Assembly (NCBI RefSeq): GCF_006345805.1
Contig: NC_043004.1
Coordinates: 73,656,001-73,720,000 of the forward strand
Source of the DNA: Octopus sinensis
Taxonomy: Eukaryota
Length of the DNA: 64,000 nt
Direction: 5' to 3'
Positions 1 to 13,559 of the stretch are shown piece by piece (the first letter of the stretch is position 1; every line of letters begins with the position of its first letter). Both the position numbers and the translations under genes were made by a program. The notes under the pieces are model-generated. The model was not told the DNA's origin, did not search any database, and saw nothing but the letters and a program-made list of their open reading frames with translations.

Positions 1-657
1 AATGCAAAAGGCAACACAAATCTTTGAAAAAACTCTTGACAAATGCCAAACTTCACACACCACATCCACCCCCATCAGTTAAAAAATGTGCACGCCCTAA
101 CTGTGGTACCTGCCCCTTTCTACTTGAAGGCTCTGAATTTACTTTCAAACAAGGAACAGAATTTTAAATCAAGATCAACTTCTCCGAGAACCTCATCTAC
201 GTTCCCACATGCGCCGGTTGCCAACACAGTTAGTTAGTTAATTTTATGGCTCAAATAGCAAAAAGCAAGGCCATGTAGGGGGACATGGAGTTATGTACAG
301 GGTCGTGTTCATGTAAAGAGTTCAGACCACTTGTGGTCAAGGGAGACTTTGAACCGAGCGGTCGTCGGCATCTTCACCATCTCGTCCGGCAGCTTATTCC
401 ACAATTATGTTGGGCAAACAAGCCTTCCTTTACGCAGAAGAGTAGCGATCCATAAAAAACCGATAAATCTCCCAGAATACCGTCAGATTCCATTAAGTAG
501 CTACATAGACTCTTGCGCTAGAGATAAAAATTCCAAATTTCACATATTCCCTTTCTACCAATGTAAAGACAGAATCTCTACACAAGAAAGAATAAACAAG
601 GAGAATATTTTTATTGAAAAATTCCAAACGCATCTTAATATGCAAACTCCACGATGA
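1..657 (+). mobile_element. Penelope-like element 3' fragment (Neptune-type Cys linker plus GIY-YIG endonuclease), interrupted by a LINE
   Basis: Frame 3 reads KKCARPNCGTCPFL...NLIYVPTCAGCQH (one in-frame stop) and resumes after the insertion as NYVGQTSLPLRRRVAIH...KENIFIEKFQTHLN. This is a GIY-YIG motif preceded by a CxxxxCxxC linker. Confidence 0.8.
229..402 (-). mobile_element. 5'-truncated CR1-group LINE 3' end with (TAAC)n tail
   Basis: Minus strand reads WNKLPDEMVKMPTTARFKVSLDHKWSELFT*, a typical LINE ORF2 C-terminus, followed by a short 3'UTR and TAACTAACTAAC. Confidence 0.75.
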
Positions 658-1232
658 CCATACCCCTTTTTCTAGCATCCTATCTGACAAAAAATAGATA
701 TAAGCATCCTGTTTGACAGAAAATCCATCATTCCAATTAAAGAACATAAAATCCACAGAATTGTCTCCCCTTACTCACAGGAACTGGTTAACTCCTACTC
801 CATTTCCTGTTTTGACACACATTCACCCAACCCTTTAAACGAAGCACTACATTTAAGCACATGCATCCTAATCCCCCAAAGAAGTTTTTCCAAGGACTAA
901 TATTGAACTCTAAAGGCTTAAAGACATTACAATATATTGGTATACTTATTTATTACTTTTTGTATATAAGTATTATTATTTTTTTGAAAATAAACATTGT
1001 AAATTTCTATTTCCCCTTCCTCAATTTAAAAAAAAAAATTTTCCTTTCCAAATCTTGAAAATTTGCCTTGCCATGAAAGCTGGTTTGATTTATTATTTTT
1101 TTTTTCATTTTTCATACACACATTTTTATTAAAATTTACTTTCAATTTAGCATTCTGCCTTATTATAATTTTTCCTCTCCTATCATTTCTCCACGTGGCG
1201 GTTAACACAACCCCATCATTTACTGACTTATA

Positions 1233-1269
<37 letters not shown>

Positions 1270-1634
1270 GCACACGTATTATTTATTTACTTTGATTTCC
1301 CTTTGATAATGTATTCTGTTTGGATCTTGACGATTCTGAGTGAAAGCAATGTTAAGGTGAACTCTGAGATTCCCAGGAACTTTATTCCAAATTCAAGAGA
1401 TAAGACATCAGAGTTGTTATTATATTTATCGGTAAGCATATTCCTCTGGGAATCTCTTCATATTTTTCTCAGAATGCACAAAGAGACTGATCTTATTTAT
1501 TTATTTATCTATTTATTTTTTTATTTTTTTATTTATAATTTAGTTTTATTATTAGCGTCTAACCCTTCGTGGGTAGACTGTAACTGCGACTCTGCTTCCA
1601 GACAGAATCTAACAACAGACAAATAAATAGGGGT

Positions 1635-1950
1635 CATCGTTACGATGACGATAATGATTATGGCGGTGGTGATGATGATGATGATTGAGGAGGAGGAGGA
1701 GGAGGAGTGGTAGAGGGCTTGCAGGGATGATACTAGGGGGTGGTAGTAGTGGTGGTTAGAATGCTGATGTTGGTGATGGTTAAGGATATGGTGGTATTGA
1801 TGGTGAAGAAAATGGCTACGATGATAATAGTCAAGAAGGTGGTGATAGTGGTAGCGGCGGCAGCGGCGGCGGCAGCGGCGGCGGCGGCGGCAGTGGCGGC
1901 GGCGGTAGTGGCGGCGGCAGTAGCGGCGATGATGGCGATGGTGGTGATGG
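1635..1950. repeat. Compound trinucleotide repeat (GAT/GAG/GGT/GGC)
   Basis: Direct inspection; accounts for the poly-Ala, poly-His and poly-Arg pseudo-ORFs. Confidence 0.9.
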
Positions 1951-2422
1951 CTTTTTTTTTTCTTCACATTATTTTCTAGAAGGATGGTGAATTGATAGAG
2001 CCATTAGAGCATCGGACAATTGGTTAGTGGTAACCATTCCGGCTCTCTAATGTTCGGAGATAAAAATCTCACACAGGCCAAATTTCTTAATCAACTTACC
2101 GCATGCACCATTTTTGGCTTAGTTTTCCTGATTTAGAAATCGTTTTAAGCTGAGGATTAACAAAAAACCTTTAGAGCCTCGACAAAATGCGTTGCGTTAT
2201 TTCGACCGAATTCTATAAACTGAATGACTATGTCTGTATCCACACACATACACACATGTATCAACGTATATATGTATGTATGTATATATGAATGTATGTA
2301 TGTATGTATGTATGTATGTATGTATGTATGTATGTATGTATGTATGTGTATCTATGTATATATGTATGTATGTATGCATGCATACATACATACATACATA
2401 CATACATACATACATACATACA

Positions 2423-2452
<30 letters not shown>

Positions 2453-2453
<1 letters not shown>

Positions 2454-3506
2454 GATGTACGTTCCAGGAGTTTTGAGACTATTTCAGGAGTGACATTTAT
2501 TAATTTCAAGGAAATACAAAACTCTAAGTTCTTTCAAAGTAGAATTCTTTGACTTCAATGCACTTCTCGTAGCACTCCAGCCACTTTATGAAGGCTCAGT
2601 AAAAGTTCTCCAAAATGAAGATGTCTAGGGCCCTTCATCTCAGCCTCCTTCATCTTCTCAATGTCTTCAAAACGACTTCCCCCTAAGATTGTCCTTCAGC
2701 TTGCGTAACAACTAAAAGTCACTTGTAGCAATGTCTGGAACATTGGGAAGGTGAAGGACTCCGTCAAGCCATTGGTTACCAGAATGGAATTGTAGTCTGG
2801 TGCTTGTCCTGGTGCAGGTGCGACCGACCGGAATGAAAGAGCTTTGGTATTTTTCGCCACGAAATTTCTTCCTGAAATCCCTCAAAACCTCCACAAAGAA
2901 CTCTTTGTTGATCGTCTGGCCAGAGGGAACCCTATGGATGTAGATGTTGGCCTTGTCGAAAAAGGAGATCGTCAAGAGCTTCATAGAAGACTTGCTTTAC
3001 CCGACCTTCTTGAGTCAGGGGAATCCGGGATACTTCAATTGGGTACTCTGTCTCTTGGTCTCTGGGTGATCATAGCAGTACATCCAGCTTTTGCCATACG
3101 TCACCAGAGACTTAAATACTCTTGAATTGGAAGTGACGAGCTCAACCACCAACCTGCTGTCACCAACGCATCTTTCCTTCGCCACTAAATACCCTAAAAG
3201 CAAACTTTGCAAAGATTTGGCGCATTTTCAGATCTTCCTGAATAAATCTGTGCAGACGCCACACCAACTCCAGACTTATTGTCTTCGTAGACACACGACG
3301 GTCTTCGTCCGGAAAATTGCGTATATACTCGACCCGCTCTGATGTTCTAACGCCCCTCTCCCTCATGCATCTCTCATCGTCTCTCATCTCCTCCTCTCTA
3401 CAGTCTTTGAATGATGTATAGAAATGATGGACTGAAATTACTGCAATCTACGACAGTTATAACTGCTTCTCCTGAAGAAGACCAAAAACTTCTGAAATGC
3501 TCCTCG
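2453..3506 (-). mobile_element. Decayed mariner transposon (transposase pseudogene)
   Basis: Frameshifted minus-strand ORFs: EDRRVSTKTIS...IQEDLKMRQIFAKFAFRVFS, LVTYGKSWMYCYDHPETKRQS, KLLTISFFD...VPSGQTINKEFFVEVL and HLPNVPDIATSDF (cf. mariner WVPH, TGDE and YSPDLAP motifs). Degenerate ~28-bp TIRs are flanked by TA. Confidence 0.85.
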
Positions 3507-3674
3507 TACACACATATATACATACGTACACACACACAACACACACACATACATCATAATACACATACACACACACACACATACATACATACATACATAC
3601 ATACATACATACATACCGATACGTACACACATACATACATACCTACATACATACATACATACATACATAATACA

Positions 3675-3705
<31 letters not shown>

Positions 3706-3939
3706 GTGTATACATATATACGTGTATAGATACATGTGTACACACATACATATACACACAAACTCACACACACACACACACACGCATATATGCGTCATCG
3801 TTATCAATAAACACTCCGGGACAACGACGACGACCACCACCACCACCAACACTACCACCATCCCCACCCAACTACTACCACCACCACCGTCATCATCATC
3901 ACCACCACCATCACCACACCACCACCACCACCACCACAC

Positions 3940-3972
<33 letters not shown>

Positions 3973-4058
3973 TCTGGTCGTTACTTTGTCGTTACCCTAG
4001 TGCTCATTCTATCTATAATTGTGATTTTGGTGTTTTGTTGATGACGATGCCAGCCTTG

Positions 4059-4089
<31 letters not shown>

Positions 4090-4324
4090 TTATGTTGTTA
4101 TTGTTGTTATAGTTAATGATGTTGCTACTGCAGCTGCTGTTTTTCTCTCTACAGCATCCAGTTCTTGTTTGGCTGCTATATCGGCAGTCGCGATCTTAGA
4201 ACCTATTTAAAAAGCAATAAAACACACCACTGATAACCTTATTACATACAAGAGAGGAGTAAGAAAATATAACGGTGTCGACGGCGATAATAATAATAAT
4301 AATAATAATAACAACAACAACTGC

Positions 4325-4356
<32 letters not shown>

Positions 4357-4566
4357 CTGCAACATAATGAAGCTGTTTGCTTGATCTTAACGTGATCCCA
4401 CAACCTTAACTTACTGGTATAGATTTCGCAGTCGTTATGTTCGTTAGACATTTTTCACGCTAGAAGGAGGTCCGTGTGTGCGTTGTATATATATAAATGC
4501 ACATATATAAATATATGTATGTATGTATGCATGCATGTATGTATGTATGTATGTATATATGCATAC

Positions 4567-4603
<37 letters not shown>

Positions 4604-5929
4604 TGCATGCATACATATACATACATACATTTATATATATATCATATATTTGTATTTATGTATGTATTTTTACACACACACACACATGTATATATATGTA
4701 CATGTATATATATATATATATATCGTAATATATATACATGTACATATATATATATATATATATATATTATTTATATATATTATATAATATATATATATAG
4801 ATATATACATACATATATACATATATATAGGCATATATACGTATATACATATGTATATTACACATATTATTTTACATACGTACACACACACATCATATAT
4901 ATAATACGGAGTAGATGATTACATACCCACACCCACACATGCGTGTGGGTGTATATGCGATCAAAAAGGAACCTTTGCAATTGCTAATTACCCACCCTGT
5001 CCACGACGACCACCACCACCACTACCACCACCACAATTATCAACCAGAATACATAAACAACAAAAAAACAACAAAAACCCACATACAATCCTCCCTCGGG
5101 AAGTGATTTCGTGCTTCACTGCATCTCTATACACCTTATCAAACAACCTGTCTATTTTACTTTTGATTTTCGTCGCTCTGCTACACTTTATTAAAGCAAG
5201 ACTTGATCTTTCGTCACACACAAGCACATGCACACACATACACACACACACGCACGTATACGCACACACACACACGCATGTGCACAAAAGGAAAGAGAGA
5301 GAGAGAGAGAGAAATGTATACACATGCGCACTTGTATACATAGGCACACACACACGCATTTAGATGTAGAGGCACATGCATGCGTATATAAACTGATACA
5401 CACGAGTATACATTTACTCGCATAGATGTCTATCAGTGTATATATGTGTGTGGGTGAGTGTGTGTGTGTGTGTGTAAACACATATATATGTATATGTATG
5501 TACTTATATATATGATATATATCTATATATATATTTTTGTGTGTATATATATACATATATATATATGTGTGTGTGTGTATGAGAGAATGAGGGATAGACA
5601 CACACACACACACACTAACACACAGATACATATACGCGCATCTGTGTGCGTACATATGTTAAAACCCGTGTCTTTGTATTTATATAATATCGTGTTTGGT
5701 GTGTGTGTGTAGTTCCATCTCTACACACACAAAGGTGTCATATTACGTCAAATACACAACTACATAAGTGTATGTATGTGTGAGAGAGGGAAAAGGGGAA
5801 ACAGTAAAACAGAGAAGTAGAGAGAAGGGCATACATATATGTGTGTGTGTGTGCGTGTGTGTTTGTGCATGAGTGGTGTGTGCGTGTGTGTATGCATATA
5901 GTGTGAGTTTGCGTACATATTTGTACGTG

Positions 5930-5995
<66 letters not shown>

Positions 5996-6034
5996 GTTAT
6001 ATATATATATATATTATGATATATATATATTATA

Positions 6035-6077
<43 letters not shown>

Positions 6078-6184
6078 CATATTATACTTATATATTATAT
6101 ATATATATACATATATATACATATATAATATATTATATTATGTATATATATATATATATATGTAATATATATATATACATATAT

Positions 6185-6234
<50 letters not shown>

Positions 6235-6235
6235 C
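3507..6235. repeat. Microsatellite field (TACA, CAC/CAT, CAA, TA, CA, GA)
   Basis: Direct inspection. Confidence 0.9.
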
Positions 6236-6378
6236 AAAGAGCAATAAAGATTCAAGTTAATTTTAAAAAATTTACTTGAATATGGTACCTAACTTAGATG
6301 CACCAAAAAAACTATACTGATTTAACAATACAGTAATGTGGGGTGATTATAAGCGAGAAAGAAGCACAAGAATGATAG

Positions 6379-6472
6379 GTTTTTAGTACGATCGTTTCAT
6401 ACAAGGACAGGTTTATTAAAAGTTGCAAAGATTACAGCATATAAACGAGTCCCGTACTCATCAGCTAAAATA
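6379..6472 (-). ncRNA. Type I hammerhead ribozyme (inverted pLTR copy)
   Basis: Reverse complement of the 12212-12306 motif with an intact core. Confidence 0.82.
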
Positions 6473-8486
6473 CATGTAAGTTCTCTAGACATCCTAGTGT
6501 TGAGGCTATACTCATGAAGTAATGTAGATAATTAAACAGATTTCTAAAGTTCATTAAAGTTCTTTAAAGATGATGTACAGTCTTATCACATTTTAAAAAA
6601 GTTTTGATAGCATCACAGAGAAGGTGACCTAATCCATATGAATTTCCATAGATATGATGAGGATTATATACTCACAGAAGACAAATTTATCCATTGTTAA
6701 TTACAAACGAGTGGGTCTCAATTTCCTGCTTATTAGCATTACAGAGAGGGTGAATTAATCCTTTGTATATATGCACAGATTCCAATGGTGTAGATGTAAT
6801 TTCCAGAGAAATGGAGATGAATTTCATATTCACAGGCGATAAATTTTACAATGGTTGAACACAATGAGGTAGGTATCAATCCATCCTTTTATATGATTAG
6901 GTGTTTGCCATATTAATCACATTACTGCTATTCACAAGAGGCTGTAGCTATTTAACTCTTAAAGGCTGAAGGGCTTACTAGATCGGCCCCAGAATAGAGA
7001 AGGGAATAGAAGAAAAGAGAGAAAATAATGGAGGGAGGGAGCAAAAAGGGGGGGGGGAAAGAAAAGGGGACTAGAAGAGAAGAAAAAGGAAACAGAGAAT
7101 GAGAAGAAGAAAAAGAAGAAAGAGAAAAGAGAAAGAAATAGGGAAAGAAGGGAAAAAAAGAAAAAGAAAAAAAGAGGGGTTCTAGTTATACAGAAGAGCT
7201 AGTAGACTGTAAGTCTGGTTTTAATCAACAGGCATCTAGAACTAGAGGGGAATATTATTCTTTGACCAGTAAACCGTTAATTTATTGCTGTTGAAATCAG
7301 CTATGAGTTTAAGAGAATCTAAAGAGATAACACAGTCAGGTTAAGGGGTCAGATGCTAAAATCACCAGAAAATACATTAGGAAAATCTAAGTATAATCTT
7401 ATCAAAAAGTCATTAAAAATTTACTTATTTAATTTATTCATTTTATTGTCTTAAGGAGTTGTCGTTATTATTCATACATTGACTGACTACAGGTCAAATC
7501 TTATAAGATCATTACAAGGTGTTAGGGGATTGTCTATCATAATGAAGATAATCATATTATCACCGAGGGAATAGCCTTATTTATTTAATTATGAAATAGA
7601 ATTATGGGGCTACAGTAACTAATTATAATTTATTAGAGTTTTATGCTATTTAAATTAGATTAAGTTAGGAATTAAAATTAAATATTACAATTAAGATTTA
7701 AAATTAAGAATTTAAAAATTGTGAGTTTGAAATTAAATAAAGCCTCAATTAAGTAGCGAATAAGTACTATTCATTTCCCTGTTCTCAAAAAACTGATGCA
7801 GATATAAGGAAAAAGATAAAGATACTGTAATGTGAGAACTCTTAGTTATCTACTTAAAGCAGTGCTATACTAGTAGAAATCAAGTTATATCTATCTATCT
7901 AGTTAATGATTTCCACTCATTTAAAATATTTTAAAGTCTTCAATTAGCGTGGACACAAACTTGACCTAGTTCGATATGGTTATTCAATAAGTTTCTATGT
8001 TTACTATGCTTTAGAATTTCGTACGTCTCCATGAGCATAGTTGACAACCAACCCTACTATTTTTATACGGAATTGCTCTCCTAACTATTTCCCAATTAAG
8101 GGTATAATTTTTGTGTATTATTTTTGAGTTCCCAGATTTTGTTTGAAAGTGTGGTGGTACCAGCTTTATGACGTAATTTAAAGTCGAGATGTGATTTCTA
8201 ACTCTGGCTAAAAAATTAATTGTACAGCCAATGTAAAATATTTGTTATTCTCCGTGGATATGGTACATTTATAGATTACATTATTTTCCCTACATAGACC
8301 AGGTGCCGGGCATTTGATTTTATTCTACACTTACACACAGGAGGAACAACTTCAGGCCTTGGATTATTCCTGGGTAGATGCTTAAGGTTCCTATTATTTT
8401 GATTATCATTTCTATAGTTGGTGCTGATATCTAAAGTATTGTTATATTTATTGATCCTTCCGTTTCATCATCATTTAGGTGTAAAG

Positions 8487-10763
8487 ACCACAACCTTAAA
8501 GACCACACAAAGGACTTCTTGGATAACCCTTCAGTAAGGCTGATCTGTCAACTAAGTCGGACATTGGCCGACTTAGTAAATCTATCCTGATACTGTTTCT
8601 ACCCCCCAAATAAAATCCCTCTTCTCCCCTTAACCTATGGCTAAGTACCGACGAAGTTCTAAAATGGTTTAACTCTCTAACTAATACTAGTAGTCTGTCC
8701 TTTATTCAGTTCGATATTAATAGTTATTACTCTAGCATTTCCCCTATCTTACTCAACAAATCACTAATATTTGCCATGAATCGCTCCCTCATAACTAGAG
8801 AAGAAATCAATATTGTGCTACTAGCTAGGAAGACATTTATTGAATTTGAAGATAATTATGGACTAGAGCAGATACACCAAATTTTTTTGATATACCAATG
8901 GGTTCCAGTGATTCGGCTGAGGTAACCAACCTAGTAGGCGCATATCTATTAAAATGCATAAGCAAGGATATCCCAGAAATACAGGGGGGTCTATATAGGG
9001 ATGATGCTCTGTTTGTTACCCTAGTAATAATAAATCTGTTATAGAAAGGATTAGAAAGAAAATTAATAAGTTCTTTAAGGATTTCAACCTCAGTATAACG
9101 TATGAACCGGGCACTAAAATAGCTAATTTCCTAGATATTACCCTAGACCTTAACTCCAAGCTACATTACCCATTTAGAAAGGAAGGCGAAGTCACGAATT
9201 ACGTAAATAAATTATCAAATCATCCCCCAAATATAATAGAATCTTTAGTAAGAAATATTTCATTAAGAATTTCAAATTATCATCCATAAGGATATATTTA
9301 ACTCCCATTCTGAGCATTATAATGCGGCGTTAACTAAGGCTGGATACAACCAAAAGATTACATTCGTTGATAAGGAGAACTCACGTATTCCTAATAATGA
9401 AGTTATCAGTAATCACGTAAGCAGCAAAAAGACCAAGCCCGAATAAAAGTAGAATTAATTAACGGTAAACGCTAATCTAGAGTACAGGCCCAACAATTCA
9501 AATAGAAGCATTGACCAGAACATAGGTAACTCGGATAAGATTGAAGTAGATAAACCTAAGATGCACACAAATAAAAATAAAAATAATGGTAATAAATACA
9601 ATAACTCCGGTGAGATGAATAGTAGTAATTCTACGAACCCTAATTTTATAAAAAGATATATTATGGCTGAATATTCCTTTCAACTGTGCGATACAATCGG
9701 ATATACAGAAAAATTCAAAGTGATTCTGGAAAAAAATTTCCCTATCTCTCATAGATATCATAGAATTATTTCTAGGAAAACAGTTAGGATTTCTTATTCA
9801 ACCCTCCCAAATATGTCCACTTTAATAGCTAAAATTAATAATAACAACATTAAACTAGCCAGGAAAGATAGAAATAAAAATAATAATATCAGAATGAATA
9901 CCAATAGCAATAACAATAATACTACCAACAATAAAAACAGCAATAGGAACTATCAAAACATAGGTGAAATTAGTAACCACAGAATGACTAATAACATTAA
10001 CATTAATAGTAATAATAACAATGCCGATATTAATAGAAGTAATATTGTTAATAATAGAAATAATAGAAATAAGGCTAATGGAGAAAATAAGGAGAATGAA
10101 AATATCAGTGATATCTATAACAATAATATACAGTTGGATAAAAAGACTAACAATAATAATAACATTACGAATAATATAAGAATCTTGGTAGGACTTTACA
10201 CCTAAATGATGAAACGAAGGATCAATAAATAATAACAATACTTTAGATATCAGCACCAACTATAGAAATGATAATCAAAATAATAGGAACCTTAAGCATC
10301 TACCCAGGAATAATCCAAGGCCTGAAGTTGTTCCTCCTGTGTGTAAGTGTAGAATAAAATCAAAATGCCCGGCACCTGGTCTATGTAGGAAAATAATGTA
10401 ATCTATAAATGTACCATATCCACGGAGAATAACAAATATTTTTACATTGGCTGTACAATTAATTTTTTAGCCAGAGTTAGAAATCACATCTCGACTTTTA
10501 AATTACGTCATAAAGCTGGTACCACCACACTTTCAAACAAAATCTGGGAACTCAAAAATAATAACAAAAATTATACCCTTAATTGGGAAATAGTTAGGAG
10601 AGCAATTCCGTATAAAAATAGTAGGGTTGGTTGTCAACTATGCTCCATGGAGACGTACGAAATTCTAAAGCATAGTAAACATAGAAACTTATTGAATAAC
10701 CATATCGAACTAGGTCAAGTTTGTGTCCACGCTAAATTGAAGACTTTAAAATATTTTAAATGA
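8487..10763 (+). pseudogene. PLE reverse transcriptase plus GIY-YIG endonuclease ORF (frameshifted, N-terminally truncated)
   Basis: Stitched translation: TLKDHTKDF..PSVRLIC, IQFDINSYYSSI, FDIPMGSSDSAEVTNLVG, GGLYRDDAL, NFLDITLDL, SNHPPNI, KTVRISYSTLPNM, CKCRIKSKCP, NVIYKCTI..FYIGCT, CQLCSME..CVH; stop at 10761-10763. Confidence 0.9.
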
Positions 10764-12211
10764 TTGGAATATTCATAACTAGATAGATAGATATAACTTG
10801 ATTTCTACTAGTATAGCACTGCTTTAAGTAGATAACTAAGAGTTCTCACATTACAGTTATCTTTATCTTTTTCCTTATATCTGCATCAGTTTTTTGAGAA
10901 CAGGGAAATGAATAGTACTTATTCGCTACTTAATTGAGGCTTTATTTAATTTCAAACTCACAATTTTTAAATTCTTAATTTTAAATCTTAATTGTAATAT
11001 TTAATTTTAATTCCTAACTTAATCTAATTTAAATAGCATAACTCTAATAAATTATAATTAGTTACTGTAGCCCCATAATTCTATTTCATAATTAAATAAA
11101 TAAGGCTATTCCCTCGGTGATAATATGATTATCTTCATTATGATAGACAATCCCCTAACACCTTGTAAATGATCTTATAAGATTTGACCTGTAGTCAGTC
11201 AATGTATGAATAATAACGACAACTCCTTAAGACAATAAAATGAATAAATTAAATAAGTAAATTTTTAATGACTTTTTGATAAGATTATACTTAGATTTTC
11301 CTAATGTATTTTCTGGTGATTTTAGCATCTGACCCCTTAACCCCTGACTGTGTTTCTCTTTAGATTCTCTTTAAACTCATAGCTGATTTCAACAGCAATA
11401 AATTAACGGTTTACTGGTCAAAGAATAATATTCCCCTCTAGTTCCTAGATGCCTGTTGATTAAAACCAGACTTACAGTCTACTAGCTCTTCTGTATAACT
11501 AGAACCCTCTTTTTTTCTTTTTCTTTTTTTCCCTTCTTTCCCTATTTCTTTCTCTTTTCTCTTTCTTCTTTTTCTTCTTCTCATTCTCTGTTTCCTTTTC
11601 TCTTCTCTTCTAGTCCCCCTTCCCCCCCCCTTCCCCCCCCCTTTTTGCTCCCTCCTCCATTATTTTCTCTCTTTTCTTCTATTCCCTTCTCTATTCTTGG
11701 CCGATCTAGTAAGCCCTTCAGCCTTTAAGAGTTAAATAGCTACAGCCTCTTGTGAATAGCAGTAATGTGATTAATATGGCAAACACCTAATCATATAACA
11801 AGGATTGATACCTACCTCATTGTGTTCAACCATTGTAAATTTATCGCCTGTGAATATGAAATTCATCTCCATTTCTCTGGAAATTTACATCTACACCATT
11901 GGAATCTGTGCATATATAAAGGATTAATTCACCCTCTCTGTAATGCTAATAAGCAGGAATTGAGACCCACCTCGTTGTAATTAACAATGGATAATTTGTC
12001 TTCTGTGAGTATATAATCCCTCATCATATCTATGGAAATTCATATGGATTAGGTCACCTTCTCTGTGATGCTATCAAAACTTTTTTAAAATTCTGTGATA
12101 AGACTGTACATCATCTTTAAAGAACTTTAATGAACTTTAGAAATCTGTTTAATTATCTACATTACTTCATGAGTATAGCCTCAAACACTAGGATGTCTAG
12201 AGAACTCACAT

Positions 12212-12306
12212 GTTTTTAGCTGATGAGTACGGGACTCGTTTATATGCTGTAATCTTTGCAACTTTTAATAAAACCTGTCCTTGTATGAAACGATCGTACT
12301 AAAAAC
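12212..12306 (+). ncRNA. Type I hammerhead ribozyme in the PLE pLTR
   Basis: GTTTTTAG-CTGATGA-GTACGGGAC..(~40 nt)..GTCCTTGTAT-GAAA-CGATCG-TA-CTAAAAAC. Stem I is 8 bp, the core is intact, stem III is the palindrome ACGATCGT, and cleavage is predicted after GUA at 12298. Confidence 0.85.
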
Positions 12307-12804
12307 CTATCCATTCTTGTTGCTTCTTTCTCGCGTATATATATATATATATTATATACATATATATATATATATATAATATATATATATAATATATATA
12401 TAATAATATGTAAATATATCATTATTATATATATATGGTATATATATATATATATAATATATATATATATATTATATATATATGTATGTATGTATGTATG
12501 CATAGTAATATTACATGGCCCTGGTATAATATCTGTATTTAAAGACAGATAAAGGTACATGTCTATGTTAAGCTGTGTATATGTGTATATAATAGCGTGT
12601 ATTCTACGAAATAAACACTCTCATACATACACCGAAACACATCTACACAGCATATAATTGTGTGTCCTGTGCTATAAACATGAGTGTATATTAGTGTATA
12701 TATGCATGTTTGTTCAATGTGTATTTATTCTTCCACTGTTATATCATATTATCATAACAGTAAATTCTACGAAATCAGGGGAAGATTAATTATGCTATGA
12801 GTTA

Positions 12805-12838
<34 letters not shown>

Positions 12839-13451
12839 CTTTGGGTCCGCCTCTGACTTCTACTCTGCTTCTTCTTCTTCATACGTAAAAGAGCAACGCC
12901 TCCGCTGGCGAATGAACAACTGTTGCGACTTATAGAGCTTCATGTAATGATCATATTGATGCGGTTGGATTTTACTGTTTTTGAGTTTCTGGCGGTTGAC
13001 ATCTATAGGGAAGCCATTCGAATAACGAGACCCTTCCTGGTTGTTCGACCTGCAAGAAATAGCATCAAGTCTATTTCAAACCATACTGTACGTCCTTGAG
13101 GAAGAAAACACATTGAACAGTTTAGCCTTGGATATTCAAAAAGATTCTAAGGTTCCTGTTTTTTTTATATTTTTGTTACTTACCGAGTCTGGAGAAAGGG
13201 GTAGTATCCATGCTCTTACACATTCTCTATGACCGCCGGTCAGATTGAACCCATTTACGTATATTCAGTTCAATCTATTACAGGTCAGTGCGGAGATTCC
13301 AGGAGGTCATTGTTTTGGGGAGGAACGACTAGAGAGGCTGATCCATTATTACTAACCTGAAGCTAAACAATATTAACAACAGCAACACCAACAACTACAC
13401 TGGAAGTTGCCCCCTCTCTCCTCCTCTCTCTCTCCTCTCTCTCTCTCCTCT

Positions 13452-13492
<41 letters not shown>

Positions 13493-13559
13493 ATCCTCAT
13501 TTACCTCCTATTATATTATCTGCAATCTGTGTCACATCTTTGATGGTATTCCAGATTTC

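Larger units (their letters stand above)
6236..12334 (+). mobile_element. Penelope-like retroelement (Naiad-type), 5'-truncated, with inverted ~2.1 kb pseudo-LTR
   Basis: 6353-8486 is a near-identical inverted copy of 10194-12334. RT coding sequence lies between the arms, each arm has an HHR, and both flanks are (TA)n. Confidence 0.92.

Noticed and set aside
8487-10763. Selenocysteine-encoding Naiad (in-frame TGA plus SECIS)
   Set aside because: The conserved Cys positions I could read (RLIC, CKC..CP..C, CQLC, CVH) use TGT or TGC, and the ORF breaks are indels.
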